From a virus, in IMG/VR virus record IMGVR_UViG_3300050026_000388, positions 38,176 through 102,175 of that record: 64,000 nt of DNA; one strand, written 5' to 3'. A program made the translations under genes and the position numbers. The notes under the pieces were generated by a model. The model saw nothing but the letters and a program-made list of their open reading frames with translations. It had not been told where the DNA came from and ran no database searches. Positions 31,613-40,488 of the stretch are shown here, one piece after another; within the stretch, counting starts at the first letter, position 1; every line of letters starts with the position of its first letter.

Positions 31613-31716
31613 CTGAAGTAATAAACAGTTCCGCGGGAGTCCTTCCAGTAACGGTAGCCATCGTGAATGGCGACTCAAAAGAAGAAGGTAAAGAGGTAAA
31701 AGAAAATGACTGCTGA
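31609..31716 (+). CDS. 35-aa micro-ORF
   Basis: ATGA-coupled start; MTEVINSSAGVLPVTVAIVNGDSKEEGKEVKENDC. Confidence 0.5.
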   Translation: MTEVINSSAGVLPVTVAIVNGDSKEEGKEVKENDC

Positions 31717-32206
31717 TACAAGTGCATTATTTGATAAGGCGATGGTCAGTATGGGTTCCGCGCTTACGACATGGACATCCGGCACCGCAGCTACAAAATG
31801 GGTGTTGTTAGGAAGTAGCACCCTTTTAACAAACTGCGGAACAAATAAAACGGGCTGGTCGACGTATGCAGACATCACGACCGACACGCATGAGATTGCA
31901 CACGGGACGTACGCAAGCTATATAACAGGTGGCCAAGTGGCACCGTCACTGACCGCACCAGCACTCGCATCGAGTGTGTGCTACTTTGATATGGGCGATA
32001 TATCGTGGACGAGCGCTACGATGGCAGGTGTAAGAGTTGGGATTATCAAGGGCGATAGTGCAACGATAACGACTGCAACGGGCCCTTTAATAGGCTATTG
32101 GGCGTTTGGTGCTGACCAGTCGGTTACTGCGGGAACGTTCACGGTAGTGTGGGCAAGTTCACCACAAAACGGATGCTTTGCAATAACAATATCTGGCGCA
32201 ACGTAA
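31706..32206 (+). CDS. Fibre subunit-like virion protein (family B, copy 4)
   Basis: HEI...YITGG...FDMGDISWTSAT...PLIGYWAFGADQSVTAGTFTVVW. Confidence 0.75.
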   Translation: MTADTSALFDKAMVSMGSALTTWTSGTAATKWVLLGSSTLLTNCGTNKTGWSTYADITTDTHEIAHGTYASYITGGQVAPSLTAPALASSVCYFDMGDISWTSATMAGVRVGIIKGDSATITTATGPLIGYWAFGADQSVTAGTFTVVWASSPQNGCFAITISGAT

Positions 32207-32212
32207 CTTAAA

Positions 32213-32737
32213 ATGAAAGTATTCCTCCCGTTTACGGAGATTCAACCGGGGACTCTCACGTCTCTCACACCGTATGAGTACGTGCCAATAGCTATGGAAG
32301 ATAACTTCAGTTATCCAAGATATTTCAAAGGAAGGTGGCGCGAAGGTGAATCGTTTATTAATTGCGAACATGACACGATATTCCACAAAGGTGCGATTGA
32401 AGAGCTAATAAGGTGTCCTGAGATATGGTGTGCGTTTGGGGTTAGTTACGCTGACAAATACGCCCAAGGCACCGCTCCAAACCTCTCGCTTGTTAAATTT
32501 ACCAGCGAGTTCATCAAAAAATTCCCTGATTTGTGGGAGCAGATGGAAGACGTTGAATATGTTGCGAAAGCGTGGGGGGTCAAACCTTCAAATTTCGAGA
32601 CGTTTAAACAGAATGTGTGGTCTTCTCCGTGGACCCTGTGCGATGCGTGGGTGTTCATGGCGGCAACAACCGAAGGAATTGTGTGTCACCAACACTATCC
32701 TGACGTTGTTAATGCAAATCCGAGGTATCCGTCTTAA
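32213..32737 (+). CDS. Minimal GT-A-fold glycosyltransferase-like protein
   Basis: FINCEHD (DxD-like), WTLCD, C-terminal HQH; no TM segment. Confidence 0.5.
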   Translation: MKVFLPFTEIQPGTLTSLTPYEYVPIAMEDNFSYPRYFKGRWREGESFINCEHDTIFHKGAIEELIRCPEIWCAFGVSYADKYAQGTAPNLSLVKFTSEFIKKFPDLWEQMEDVEYVAKAWGVKPSNFETFKQNVWSSPWTLCDAWVFMAATTEGIVCHQHYPDVVNANPRYPS

Positions 32738-32750
32738 CGGGGGCTAAAAT

Positions 32751-34004
32751 ATGGCACAAAGAATATTTGGATTAGTTGTTTCACTAGGTGGTTATGACGT
32801 AACACCCGACATAATTACTTTTTGTCAACAGAACGGATGGGAAGTTGAGCTTTCTATCGTAAGCACGTCCGCTTTTATGGATACCGGCGGCGGGGTAACA
32901 AACGCCCAATATATTGCGAGCGAGATTAATGCCCTTTGTAACGCAGGCATCCCTGTGTGGCTAGAGATTGAAAACCTGACGTTTTATGCAGGGGGTTATA
33001 TTGGTCTTCCGGGTTCTGGCAGTTCTATCACAACAGCCGCAGGGATGGAAGTATTCACCCCTGGGTTGAAGATTTATGAAGCGATAACAAATCCACTCTT
33101 CAGGGGTTACTGCTTTGAAGGCAGCTTTGATTTCTGTATTAAATGGCTCAAGTCGCACACGTCAAAGAAGATATGCTGGCACGCTTTACCCGGGTATTAT
33201 CAAGCTTACTCCAACAGCAGCGGGACCCCAATCACAGACCCCCTGTACGGCGCAGACTCATCGCTTTGGGTAGTCAACGGTAAAGCAGTTGGTCAAGAAG
33301 AATGGCGGGTTAATCAGTTTGACGAGATAAGCTGGGAGGTTTACCAGCAGGACGCAATTGGTGCAGGGGTATCATACTGGACGTGGTTGCAGACCAAAAG
33401 ACCGGGGCTGCCGTTCGGCGTCCTTACTGGTTTTTGCCCCATCGACCCATCAAGCACGTCCGACCCAACGTATGCATGCCAGTGGTGGTTAAATTTAGCT
33501 ACGCACAACGCACCAATCGGAACCGCGTGGACAACCGCGCAGCAAGAGAGTATCTTAGCGAGTATTCTACCGACATTAAAGAAAACAACGGGGCCATTTA
33601 GCAACATCATAGCCGATTCGTGCGGCCAGGCGCTCACGTACATCCAACCCGTGTGTAATTACCTAAACAGTTTAAAATTAACAGGAGGTGGTAATACGAC
33701 AACGATAAATCCATCGACAAGCGGCACGATTTCCGTTGCGGTAAGCGCCGCATCGGTAGCGTCAACACTCACTATCAGCGGTCCGACGACCGCAGTCACC
33801 GGAACGGCATTTACCGTTACTGGTAAGCTCACTCGAAACGACACAAGCGCAGGAGTTGCTGGGCAGACAATTTCACTGTTAAGAAACGGCACAGCTTCTA
33901 CGACCGCGACTACAGCCAGTGATGGCACGTATTCTATGTCAATAACAGAAACAGCAGTAGGAACGGACACGTATCAAGTATCGTTCGCGGGGGCCTCAGT
34001 ATAA
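32751..34004 (+). CDS. Putative glycoside-hydrolase-like domain plus C-terminal Ig-like domain
   Basis: GWEVELS, GIPVWLEIE, GYCFEG, EISWE, PFGVLTG shared with 25161; Ig-like FTVTGKLT...TDTYQVSFAG. Confidence 0.6.
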   Translation: MAQRIFGLVVSLGGYDVTPDIITFCQQNGWEVELSIVSTSAFMDTGGGVTNAQYIASEINALCNAGIPVWLEIENLTFYAGGYIGLPGSGSSITTAAGMEVFTPGLKIYEAITNPLFRGYCFEGSFDFCIKWLKSHTSKKICWHALPGYYQAYSNSSGTPITDPLYGADSSLWVVNGKAVGQEEWRVNQFDEISWEVYQQDAIGAGVSYWTWLQTKRPGLPFGVLTGFCPIDPSSTSDPTYACQWWLNLATHNAPIGTAWTTAQQESILASILPTLKKTTGPFSNIIADSCGQALTYIQPVCNYLNSLKLTGGGNTTTINPSTSGTISVAVSAASVASTLTISGPTTAVTGTAFTVTGKLTRNDTSAGVAGQTISLLRNGTASTTATTASDGTYSMSITETAVGTDTYQVSFAGASV

Positions 34005-34106
34005 CGAGGCTCAGTTCATCGAAAAGCGTTACCATAAAGGTAGCAGTTAAAAAGAGATGCCTATTACGACGGGCAATCCAGAAGTTAAGTTCTAAATGAA
34101 TCTAAA

Positions 34107-37100
34107 ATGACCGGCGTTCAAACACAGCAGGGTTCATTTCTTGGTAATGTAACTAGCATAGCTACCACTTTTAAACCCTACGCTATCCTTTTTTGGGCAG
34201 TAGGAAACCCCGGCACAACAAACAATTCGTGGACGAATAGTATTGAAGCCACGTACGGTTTCTATGCCGACGATGCCGCGTCGCACACCTACAACGCCAA
34301 CGTAGGTTCCTCTTCGCTATACGCAACAACCGGCAACGAGGCATGTTACCTTTGGGAAGATTCCACTAACTGTTTTAACCTCTATTCTACAGCGGGCGCG
34401 GAGTTATGCGCAGGTCACGTCAGCGCGACCACAACCACGTCATTTACTATATCGTATGCCACATCCAGCGCAAGTTATACCATTTTTTATCTCGCTATTG
34501 GTGGTGACGTAAGCGCGGCGTGCATCACCCCTATGACGTTCGGTGCTGCGGCATCGCCACAGACCTTCAACCTTCCGAACAGCCTTAGCTGGACACCCTC
34601 GGCGGTACTCTTTGCGTCCGACACCTGGAGCAGTGAAGGCCCATTTAGTGGGTATGTAGGGCTTTTTATGGGTGCGCTGGATGCGAGCGGTCATCAATGG
34701 GCCGCTACGCTGAACAGTGCAAATGAGCCAAGTGCCGCAACGGTCGATGGCCGGATATTCAGCACAAGCTATTGTTTAGCAGGGTGTTCGACCGCCAATG
34801 GGGCAATCAACGCGACGGCCGTCGGCGCGGTCAGTGCAGGTGGTTTCAAACTAACCGAAGCAGGCACAGGCTGGTCGACCGTTTTTAATGGTGGCCTCGC
34901 CTACGCGCTTTGCCTCTACTGCGGTACGGCGAACGAGATAATCGTTGGAAACTGGGCAAAGAACATTACTACCTCGAGTTGCCCAACAAGCTGCACGGAT
35001 TCCGTGACCGTTACGAACATGGGTACGGTACAAGGTGCGTTCTTCTCACACACCAGCGACACCATATCGGAAGGCACCACTATGGGTAGGCTCACCCTCG
35101 GCGCGTCAGACGGAACAAACAATGGCTGCATAGCGGTGACCGACAAAAACGCCGTCGCAAGCGGTTCCGGTGCGACGTGTGCGTCTATTATGGAGACTGG
35201 TAAGTGTCTACTTGTCACCACTAACGATGCTAAGACTACCGAAGCAACCGCGACCGCAACGTTTAGTACGAACGTAATGAGCATCCCGTGGAACCCAAAC
35301 GGAACTAAATCAAATCTCGCATCAAACGCCACGTCAACGAAGTTACCTCTTACTTCCGCATCGGGGTTCACGGCGGGGGGGTCAATATATGTCGCTGGTA
35401 GCACTTACAACGAAACTGCTATAATCACCTCAATCGCTACCAATACGCTCACCGTTCCCACGCTCACGAACTATACACATTACACTACCGCAAACTCAGC
35501 ATATGCGACAGAACCCCCCGCAACGCTGATTGGGTATGTCGCTTTTGGTTCAGCGGCAGTTAATGCAACGGTTACCCTAACGGCAGAACCAGCAGCAACG
35601 GCAGCATTACAAGCTGTGGTTCCTAAAATATCATATACCCCCTCACAAGTAGCCGCGACCGCAGCTCAACAGGCGGCTGCTGGAAACGTTACACTCAACC
35701 AACCAGCTGCATCGCAGGTAGCTGCAACCGCTGCACTACAAGCAGCCGCTGGAAACGTCACACTTAACCAACCCGTCGCATCGCAGGTAGCCGCAACCGC
35801 CGCCGTACAAGCTGCCCAGGTAAATGTCACGCTTGAGCAGCTTATAGTATCACAGGTAGCGGCAACGGCAGCCATTCAAGCAGTCACAATCTCTACCTCA
35901 CAGTCGGTTACAGCTACTCAAGTAGCGGCAACGGCAGCCCTACAAGCGGCCGCAATCTCCACTGCAATATCGGTTACAGCCACTCAAGTAGCCGCAACTG
36001 CCGCTAGCAGCTCAACAACAACAGAAGTAGATTTCAGCGCGACATTAGATTTAATATCAGTTACGGCCAATGACACCGACACCACCACCCAAGTAACGAC
36101 CGAAAGCGACTTTGCTTCTTCACTTTCATCTTTAACCATAAACTCTAATACCGGAACTACGGCCATAGAAGAGGATTATGCCGCAACTATCGGCACTTTA
36201 GCAGCCACGGCCAATTACGGAACGGTAACCGCAGAGGCGGATTACGCCGCAACGCCGAGCGTCTTATCAGGTTCTGCAGGCATTTCTACCGTTGTAGTAG
36301 AAGGCGACTATTCGGGCGCGGCCGATATTATCCTAGCAACTGCGGCATCAATAACCACAAGTATAGAAAGCGACTGCTCCACTACGCTCAACTCGTTATC
36401 TGAAACGGCTACCGCGATTACCACGGGAATAGCCGGCGACTATTCGGTGACGCATGGTTCATTATCATGTGCATCTAACAGCCCCGCGGCGAACGTCGTT
36501 GTATCTACTGAAGAAGTCGATGTATCAATAGACCTCTCATCATTGGTAACCGCTACTAATAGCATTACCACCACCCTAGAAACTGATTATTCAGAAACCT
36601 ATCCTACATTAGTCATAAACCTCAGCGCAGGAACAATAACTGTAGAGGGCGATTACACTACAACAGTATCCTCATTATCAAATGCGAGCGCCATAACTGT
36701 GATAAGCATCACAGAGGTTGACCAAACACTAGCGCTTAGTTCACTATGGGCAACCGCTAACCTTACAATCGTCCTCCTAGAAGTCGACGAGGGCGCTTTA
36801 CTTTCATCATTAATTATAAGCTCAAATGTAGGCGCAGTAGGCATCACTCGGGTTGACCAAAACCTTGGCCTTTTCTCGAACAACACGAGCGCAGCAAGTA
36901 TAGCGGTAAGCATTGAAGGCGATTACGCCGCAACGTTTTCATCATTATCAGAAACCGCAGCCACGACCATTGTGGGTATTACGCAGATAGACCAGAACCT
37001 TACATTCGCGTCACTGAATGAAACTACGAATACTACCAATTCTTTTTACATTAACATTGGCGGCAATATTGACCTGACTGTAACCACGCTGACAGCGAGC

Positions 37101-38288
37101 GCCAATATAACCGGAATAAGTATATCTGCAGACCAGAACCTGCCCGCGCTTACTCCATTAGTAACAACAGCAGACACAGAAGCTGCGTTGCTTGTAGGTG
37201 ATTATTCGGCCGCAATTAGTTCACTATCTGAAATTGCTAATACGGCTGCACTAACCGTGGTAAGCACTTATACGACCACATTATTATCATTATCTCAAAT
37301 TGCCGGAATTGTAGCCGTCACAACTGAGGAAGACGTAACCATACCACTCACCACACTAACGGGGGTGGTGGATGTTGGCACATTAACACTGGGCAATTCA
37401 TATTCAGCTATGCTCGCGTCATTATCTGAAGCCGCTGATACGACTACCACAAGCATTAGGATAGACCAAACCCTCGCGCTCGGGGTGATAGGTAATGCCG
37501 CGAATGTAGTAACCATTTCGGTAGTGGAAGGCTATGCAGTAGTTCTCTCATCAATTGAGGTAGGGGTAAATAATGGCACATTATCAGTTACGCAATGCGA
37601 CCAGAATTTACCAGTGTTAACTTTAAGCGAAACCTCGCATTGTACGACTCTAAATATTGAAAGCGATTGTGTTGAAACACTTGATGTATCGGGGGCGTCC
37701 GTAAGCCCCATAACGTTAGCTATAGAAAGCGACTACACAAAACTCTTTACCAGTTTAAGCGAAGCCATTAATAGCGGAACTTTAGGCGTAACGCGCGCGG
37801 ACCAGAATCTGACTGCTTTTGCCACATTGCTTGCGGCGGTTCATGCCATAACCGCCAGCGTCGTCAGTACAACTTCATATATGTTCAATACACTCACAGA
37901 AAGCGCCAACGTTTCAGCGCCGAGTTACGAGCTGTCTTATTTGATTATCGGGGCCGCCGTGGGCGTATTAATGGGAATAATCGGCTTAGTTGTTGATTGC
38001 GCTACGACACTTGTAGTATTTGAAATAGACGCAAATTCAGGAGTTATGCGCGTCAAAGCGGTAAACTGGTGGGGTTGTAGACAAGAAGAAGGCGTGGTTA
38101 AAGGCGCGTTCGTTATATCTGGCGGCATAATAAGCAAAGAGCTGGAAGAAGAAGGGGTTAAATGCACATTCACCTTCGCGCCGGAAGCCGCAACCGATGA
38201 GCTGGAGGCGGATGAACGGGTGATTAGCGCGCTTGAATGTAAAGGAAACGTGTTGAGTACGCGCACATTTTCGTTGAGGGAGCTATGA
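34107..38288 (+). CDS. 1393-aa appendage protein: shared N-domain plus long array of ~21-23-aa repeats
   Basis: N-domain similar to 25161 (GASDGTNNGCIA, SIMET.KC); QVAATAA and (E)GDY/DQN repeats. Confidence 0.75.
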   Translation: MTGVQTQQGSFLGNVTSIATTFKPYAILFWAVGNPGTTNNSWTNSIEATYGFYADDAASHTYNANVGSSSLYATTGNEACYLWEDSTNCFNLYSTAGAELCAGHVSATTTTSFTISYATSSASYTIFYLAIGGDVSAACITPMTFGAAASPQTFNLPNSLSWTPSAVLFASDTWSSEGPFSGYVGLFMGALDASGHQWAATLNSANEPSAATVDGRIFSTSYCLAGCSTANGAINATAVGAVSAGGFKLTEAGTGWSTVFNGGLAYALCLYCGTANEIIVGNWAKNITTSSCPTSCTDSVTVTNMGTVQGAFFSHTSDTISEGTTMGRLTLGASDGTNNGCIAVTDKNAVASGSGATCASIMETGKCLLVTTNDAKTTEATATATFSTNVMSIPWNPNGTKSNLASNATSTKLPLTSASGFTAGGSIYVAGSTYNETAIITSIATNTLTVPTLTNYTHYTTANSAYATEPPATLIGYVAFGSAAVNATVTLTAEPAATAALQAVVPKISYTPSQVAATAAQQAAAGNVTLNQPAASQVAATAALQAAAGNVTLNQPVASQVAATAAVQAAQVNVTLEQLIVSQVAATAAIQAVTISTSQSVTATQVAATAALQAAAISTAISVTATQVAATAASSSTTTEVDFSATLDLISVTANDTDTTTQVTTESDFASSLSSLTINSNTGTTAIEEDYAATIGTLAATANYGTVTAEADYAATPSVLSGSAGISTVVVEGDYSGAADIILATAASITTSIESDCSTTLNSLSETATAITTGIAGDYSVTHGSLSCASNSPAANVVVSTEEVDVSIDLSSLVTATNSITTTLETDYSETYPTLVINLSAGTITVEGDYTTTVSSLSNASAITVISITEVDQTLALSSLWATANLTIVLLEVDEGALLSSLIISSNVGAVGITRVDQNLGLFSNNTSAASIAVSIEGDYAATFSSLSETAATTIVGITQIDQNLTFASLNETTNTTNSFYINIGGNIDLTVTTLTASANITGISISADQNLPALTPLVTTADTEAALLVGDYSAAISSLSEIANTAALTVVSTYTTTLLSLSQIAGIVAVTTEEDVTIPLTTLTGVVDVGTLTLGNSYSAMLASLSEAADTTTTSIRIDQTLALGVIGNAANVVTISVVEGYAVVLSSIEVGVNNGTLSVTQCDQNLPVLTLSETSHCTTLNIESDCVETLDVSGASVSPITLAIESDYTKLFTSLSEAINSGTLGVTRADQNLTAFATLLAAVHAITASVVSTTSYMFNTLTESANVSAPSYELSYLIIGAAVGVLMGIIGLVVDCATTLVVFEIDANSGVMRVKAVNWWGCRQEEGVVKGAFVISGGIISKELEEEGVKCTFTFAPEAATDELEADERVISALECKGNVLSTRTFSLREL
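35643..36006 (+). repeat. Six well-conserved 22-23-codon repeats (QVAATAA core)
   Basis: SQVAATAA.QA units visible at protein and DNA level. Confidence 0.9.
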
Positions 38289-38443
38289 AAGAGAAAGCAC
38301 TGAAAAGAAGAGACGTAAACCTTACCCTTACACCAGCAAGCGTGGGCGCTGACCATACGAGGGTAGCGGGAGAACCGCAGAGCCTACAGGCGCGCATAGC
38401 ACGTAAGTTCCCAAAGGGATTCCGACAAAAACGGAAGCGATAA
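38285..38443 (+). CDS. 52-aa basic micro-ORF
   Basis: ATGA-coupled to 34107 stop; MKEKALKRRDVNLTLTPASVGA...RQKRKR; fills the gap exactly. Confidence 0.55.
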   Translation: MKEKALKRRDVNLTLTPASVGADHTRVAGEPQSLQARIARKFPKGFRQKRKR

Positions 38444-38444
38444 C

Positions 38445-38798
38445 ATGACTGATTTTAACGATATAGAATTCAGCGCAGGGGAAGACATCAGCGTAAATGT
38501 GCCTATCACTAAAGACGGCACCGCGCTTACCATCACCGATGCGACGGTTACGTGGAAAGCGTATCACACACTCACGGGCGTTGTCATGATAAAAGATAAC
38601 GCAGACATTGGCGGCATCACGATAAACAAGGATGGAGAATCGGTGACGCTTGCCTTCGCGAAAGAAGACACTGAAGATTTGATTCCACTTACCTATTATC
38701 ACGAGGTCCGCATACTTCTAGAAGAGGCCGAGAACGTCTTAGTTCCACAGGGCCGGCTTAAACTTAACAGGAGTATCACGCTGATGGAGGAGCCATGA
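38445..38798 (+). CDS. BppU-N-like fibre adaptor (family E, copy 2)
   Basis: MTDFNDIEFSAGED...GGITI...EDTEDL...YYHEVRI...QGRL. Confidence 0.7.
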   Translation: MTDFNDIEFSAGEDISVNVPITKDGTALTITDATVTWKAYHTLTGVVMIKDNADIGGITINKDGESVTLAFAKEDTEDLIPLTYYHEVRILLEEAENVLVPQGRLKLNRSITLMEEP

Positions 38799-39445
38799 GG
38801 AAAGCGCTAACCGTAATCACACCGCCAGCAGCGTACCCTATCACGCGCGACGAAGCGGCAGAGTGGGTTCACTTGGACCCGTCGAACGTATCAGAAGATG
38901 TGGTGCTCGACATGCTCATCGCTACATCCACAGAGCAGATTGAAAAATACCTTGGCAGGGCGCTTATCACTCAAGTTCTCGAGATGGAGTTTATGCCGCA
39001 TCCACCAGAAATCCTCCCGATGCGGATTTACCTGTGGCGCGCAGCGCCGTTGCAGAGTATTCAGTGGGTTAAATCAATAGAACAAGATGGCACCGAGCAC
39101 ACCCAAGCAACGAATATTTATGATACAGATATATGGGCGATTCCCGGTAGGATTCAGCTTCTTATGGGCTATTGGTGGGATTACTTCGTTTTCGGGAAGT
39201 ATAGAATTAGGTACACGTGCGGCTATGGCGATGATGCCAGCGATGTGCCGGCGGCGATAAAGACGGCGATATTGATGTATGTTTCGCAACTTTATCAGAG
39301 TAGAGAGGAGATGGATTACTCAATCAGTCCGCAAGTTGAGGTGTTATTGCAAGATTATAAGCTCGATACATTCGACTTTACAGATTCTGGTGCTGTCAAG
39401 TGGTCGCCCTTTGGAAGCTCAAGCGTAGGATATGGGTATCGGTGA
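38795..39445 (+). CDS. Head-tail adaptor (HK97 gp6 / phiE125 gp8-like)
   Basis: PPAAYPITRDEA, YLGRALITQ, IRYTCGYG...VPAAIKTAILMYVSQLYQSRE. Confidence 0.92.
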   Translation: MRKALTVITPPAAYPITRDEAAEWVHLDPSNVSEDVVLDMLIATSTEQIEKYLGRALITQVLEMEFMPHPPEILPMRIYLWRAAPLQSIQWVKSIEQDGTEHTQATNIYDTDIWAIPGRIQLLMGYWWDYFVFGKYRIRYTCGYGDDASDVPAAIKTAILMYVSQLYQSREEMDYSISPQVEVLLQDYKLDTFDFTDSGAVKWSPFGSSSVGYGYR

Positions 39446-39450
39446 GTAGT

Positions 39451-40029
39451 GTGCCATATAAAGACCCTGAAAAAGAACGGCAGTACCAAAAAAGGTACCG
39501 AGGAGAGCATGGGGCCACGCGGCGAGAATATGAACGCAAATACCGCCTAGAAAAACCAGAAAAGCGCCGCGCGACTGAACGCAAATCGTATAACAAAAAC
39601 CGCGAACGCAAACTCGCGCAAAATCATAGATGGCACAAAGACAATCTTGAATATCATCAAGAGCTGATGCAGAAGTGGAACGCCGACCACCCAGAAGAAC
39701 GTAAGATATACAGACACAACCGCCGAGCCCGCATAAAAGGCAACGGTGGCATACTTCCACCAAACGCGCTACAAATATTGTTCACGCAGCAAAGCGGACT
39801 TTGCTATCTTTGTAGCGAACCATTCCCTAAGCTAAACGACCCCGCAAGTATAGAACATAAAATCCCTATTTCGCGGGGTGGTAGTAATAATATTTCCAAT
39901 ATTGGATTGGCGCATCTGAGCTGCAACCTAAGAAAGCACACAAAGACGCATATTGAATTTTTAAAACAAATAGAAGAGGACGATTATATGAAAATAACAA
40001 AGGAGATTTCAGAAACATGGTCGACGTAG
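39451..40029 (+). CDS. Free-standing HNH homing endonuclease
   Basis: GTG start giving MPYKDPEK as in 16994; IEHKIPISRGGSNNISNIGLAHLSCNLRK. Confidence 0.92.
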   Translation: MPYKDPEKERQYQKRYRGEHGATRREYERKYRLEKPEKRRATERKSYNKNRERKLAQNHRWHKDNLEYHQELMQKWNADHPEERKIYRHNRRARIKGNGGILPPNALQILFTQQSGLCYLCSEPFPKLNDPASIEHKIPISRGGSNNISNIGLAHLSCNLRKHTKTHIEFLKQIEEDDYMKITKEISETWST

Positions 40030-40460
40030 CGCATATGTACGATAAAGCTGCGCTTCACTTAGCGCAGAATGATTGGGCGTGGAGGGCCGCCACACAGACG
40101 GTTTATATGGCTCTTTATACAGGTAGCTATTCACCTTCACAGGCCGCGGACGAGACGTATTCCGGTATCAGCGGCGAACTTACGAGCGCTAACGGCTACC
40201 AGCAGGGCGGCGTGAAGATGACGCTTAACGACCCTGTAGTCACGGGGGCCGACCCTTCGGCGTATACTAAACTATACAGTAGTGACGTTTCATGGGCGGC
40301 CGCGTCGTTTACCGGCGTTCAGACGATTGTCATCTACAACAACGTAGGTTCAAAGTACTTAATCGGTTTCATAGAATACGGAACCGCTAAATCAGCAGGC
40401 GGCGGCACGTTTACGGTGCAATGCCCCGCAACAGGGTGGTTTGATTTAGCGACGCCGTAG
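40017..40460 (+). CDS. Fibre subunit-like virion protein (family B, copy 5)
   Basis: YMALYTGSYSPSQ..GELTSANGYQQGG...DVSWAAASF...LIGFIEYG...GGTFTV. Confidence 0.75.
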   Translation: MVDVAHMYDKAALHLAQNDWAWRAATQTVYMALYTGSYSPSQAADETYSGISGELTSANGYQQGGVKMTLNDPVVTGADPSAYTKLYSSDVSWAAASFTGVQTIVIYNNVGSKYLIGFIEYGTAKSAGGGTFTVQCPATGWFDLATP

Positions 40461-40488
40461 GCGGTATAAAAACGATAAAACGGCGGAG

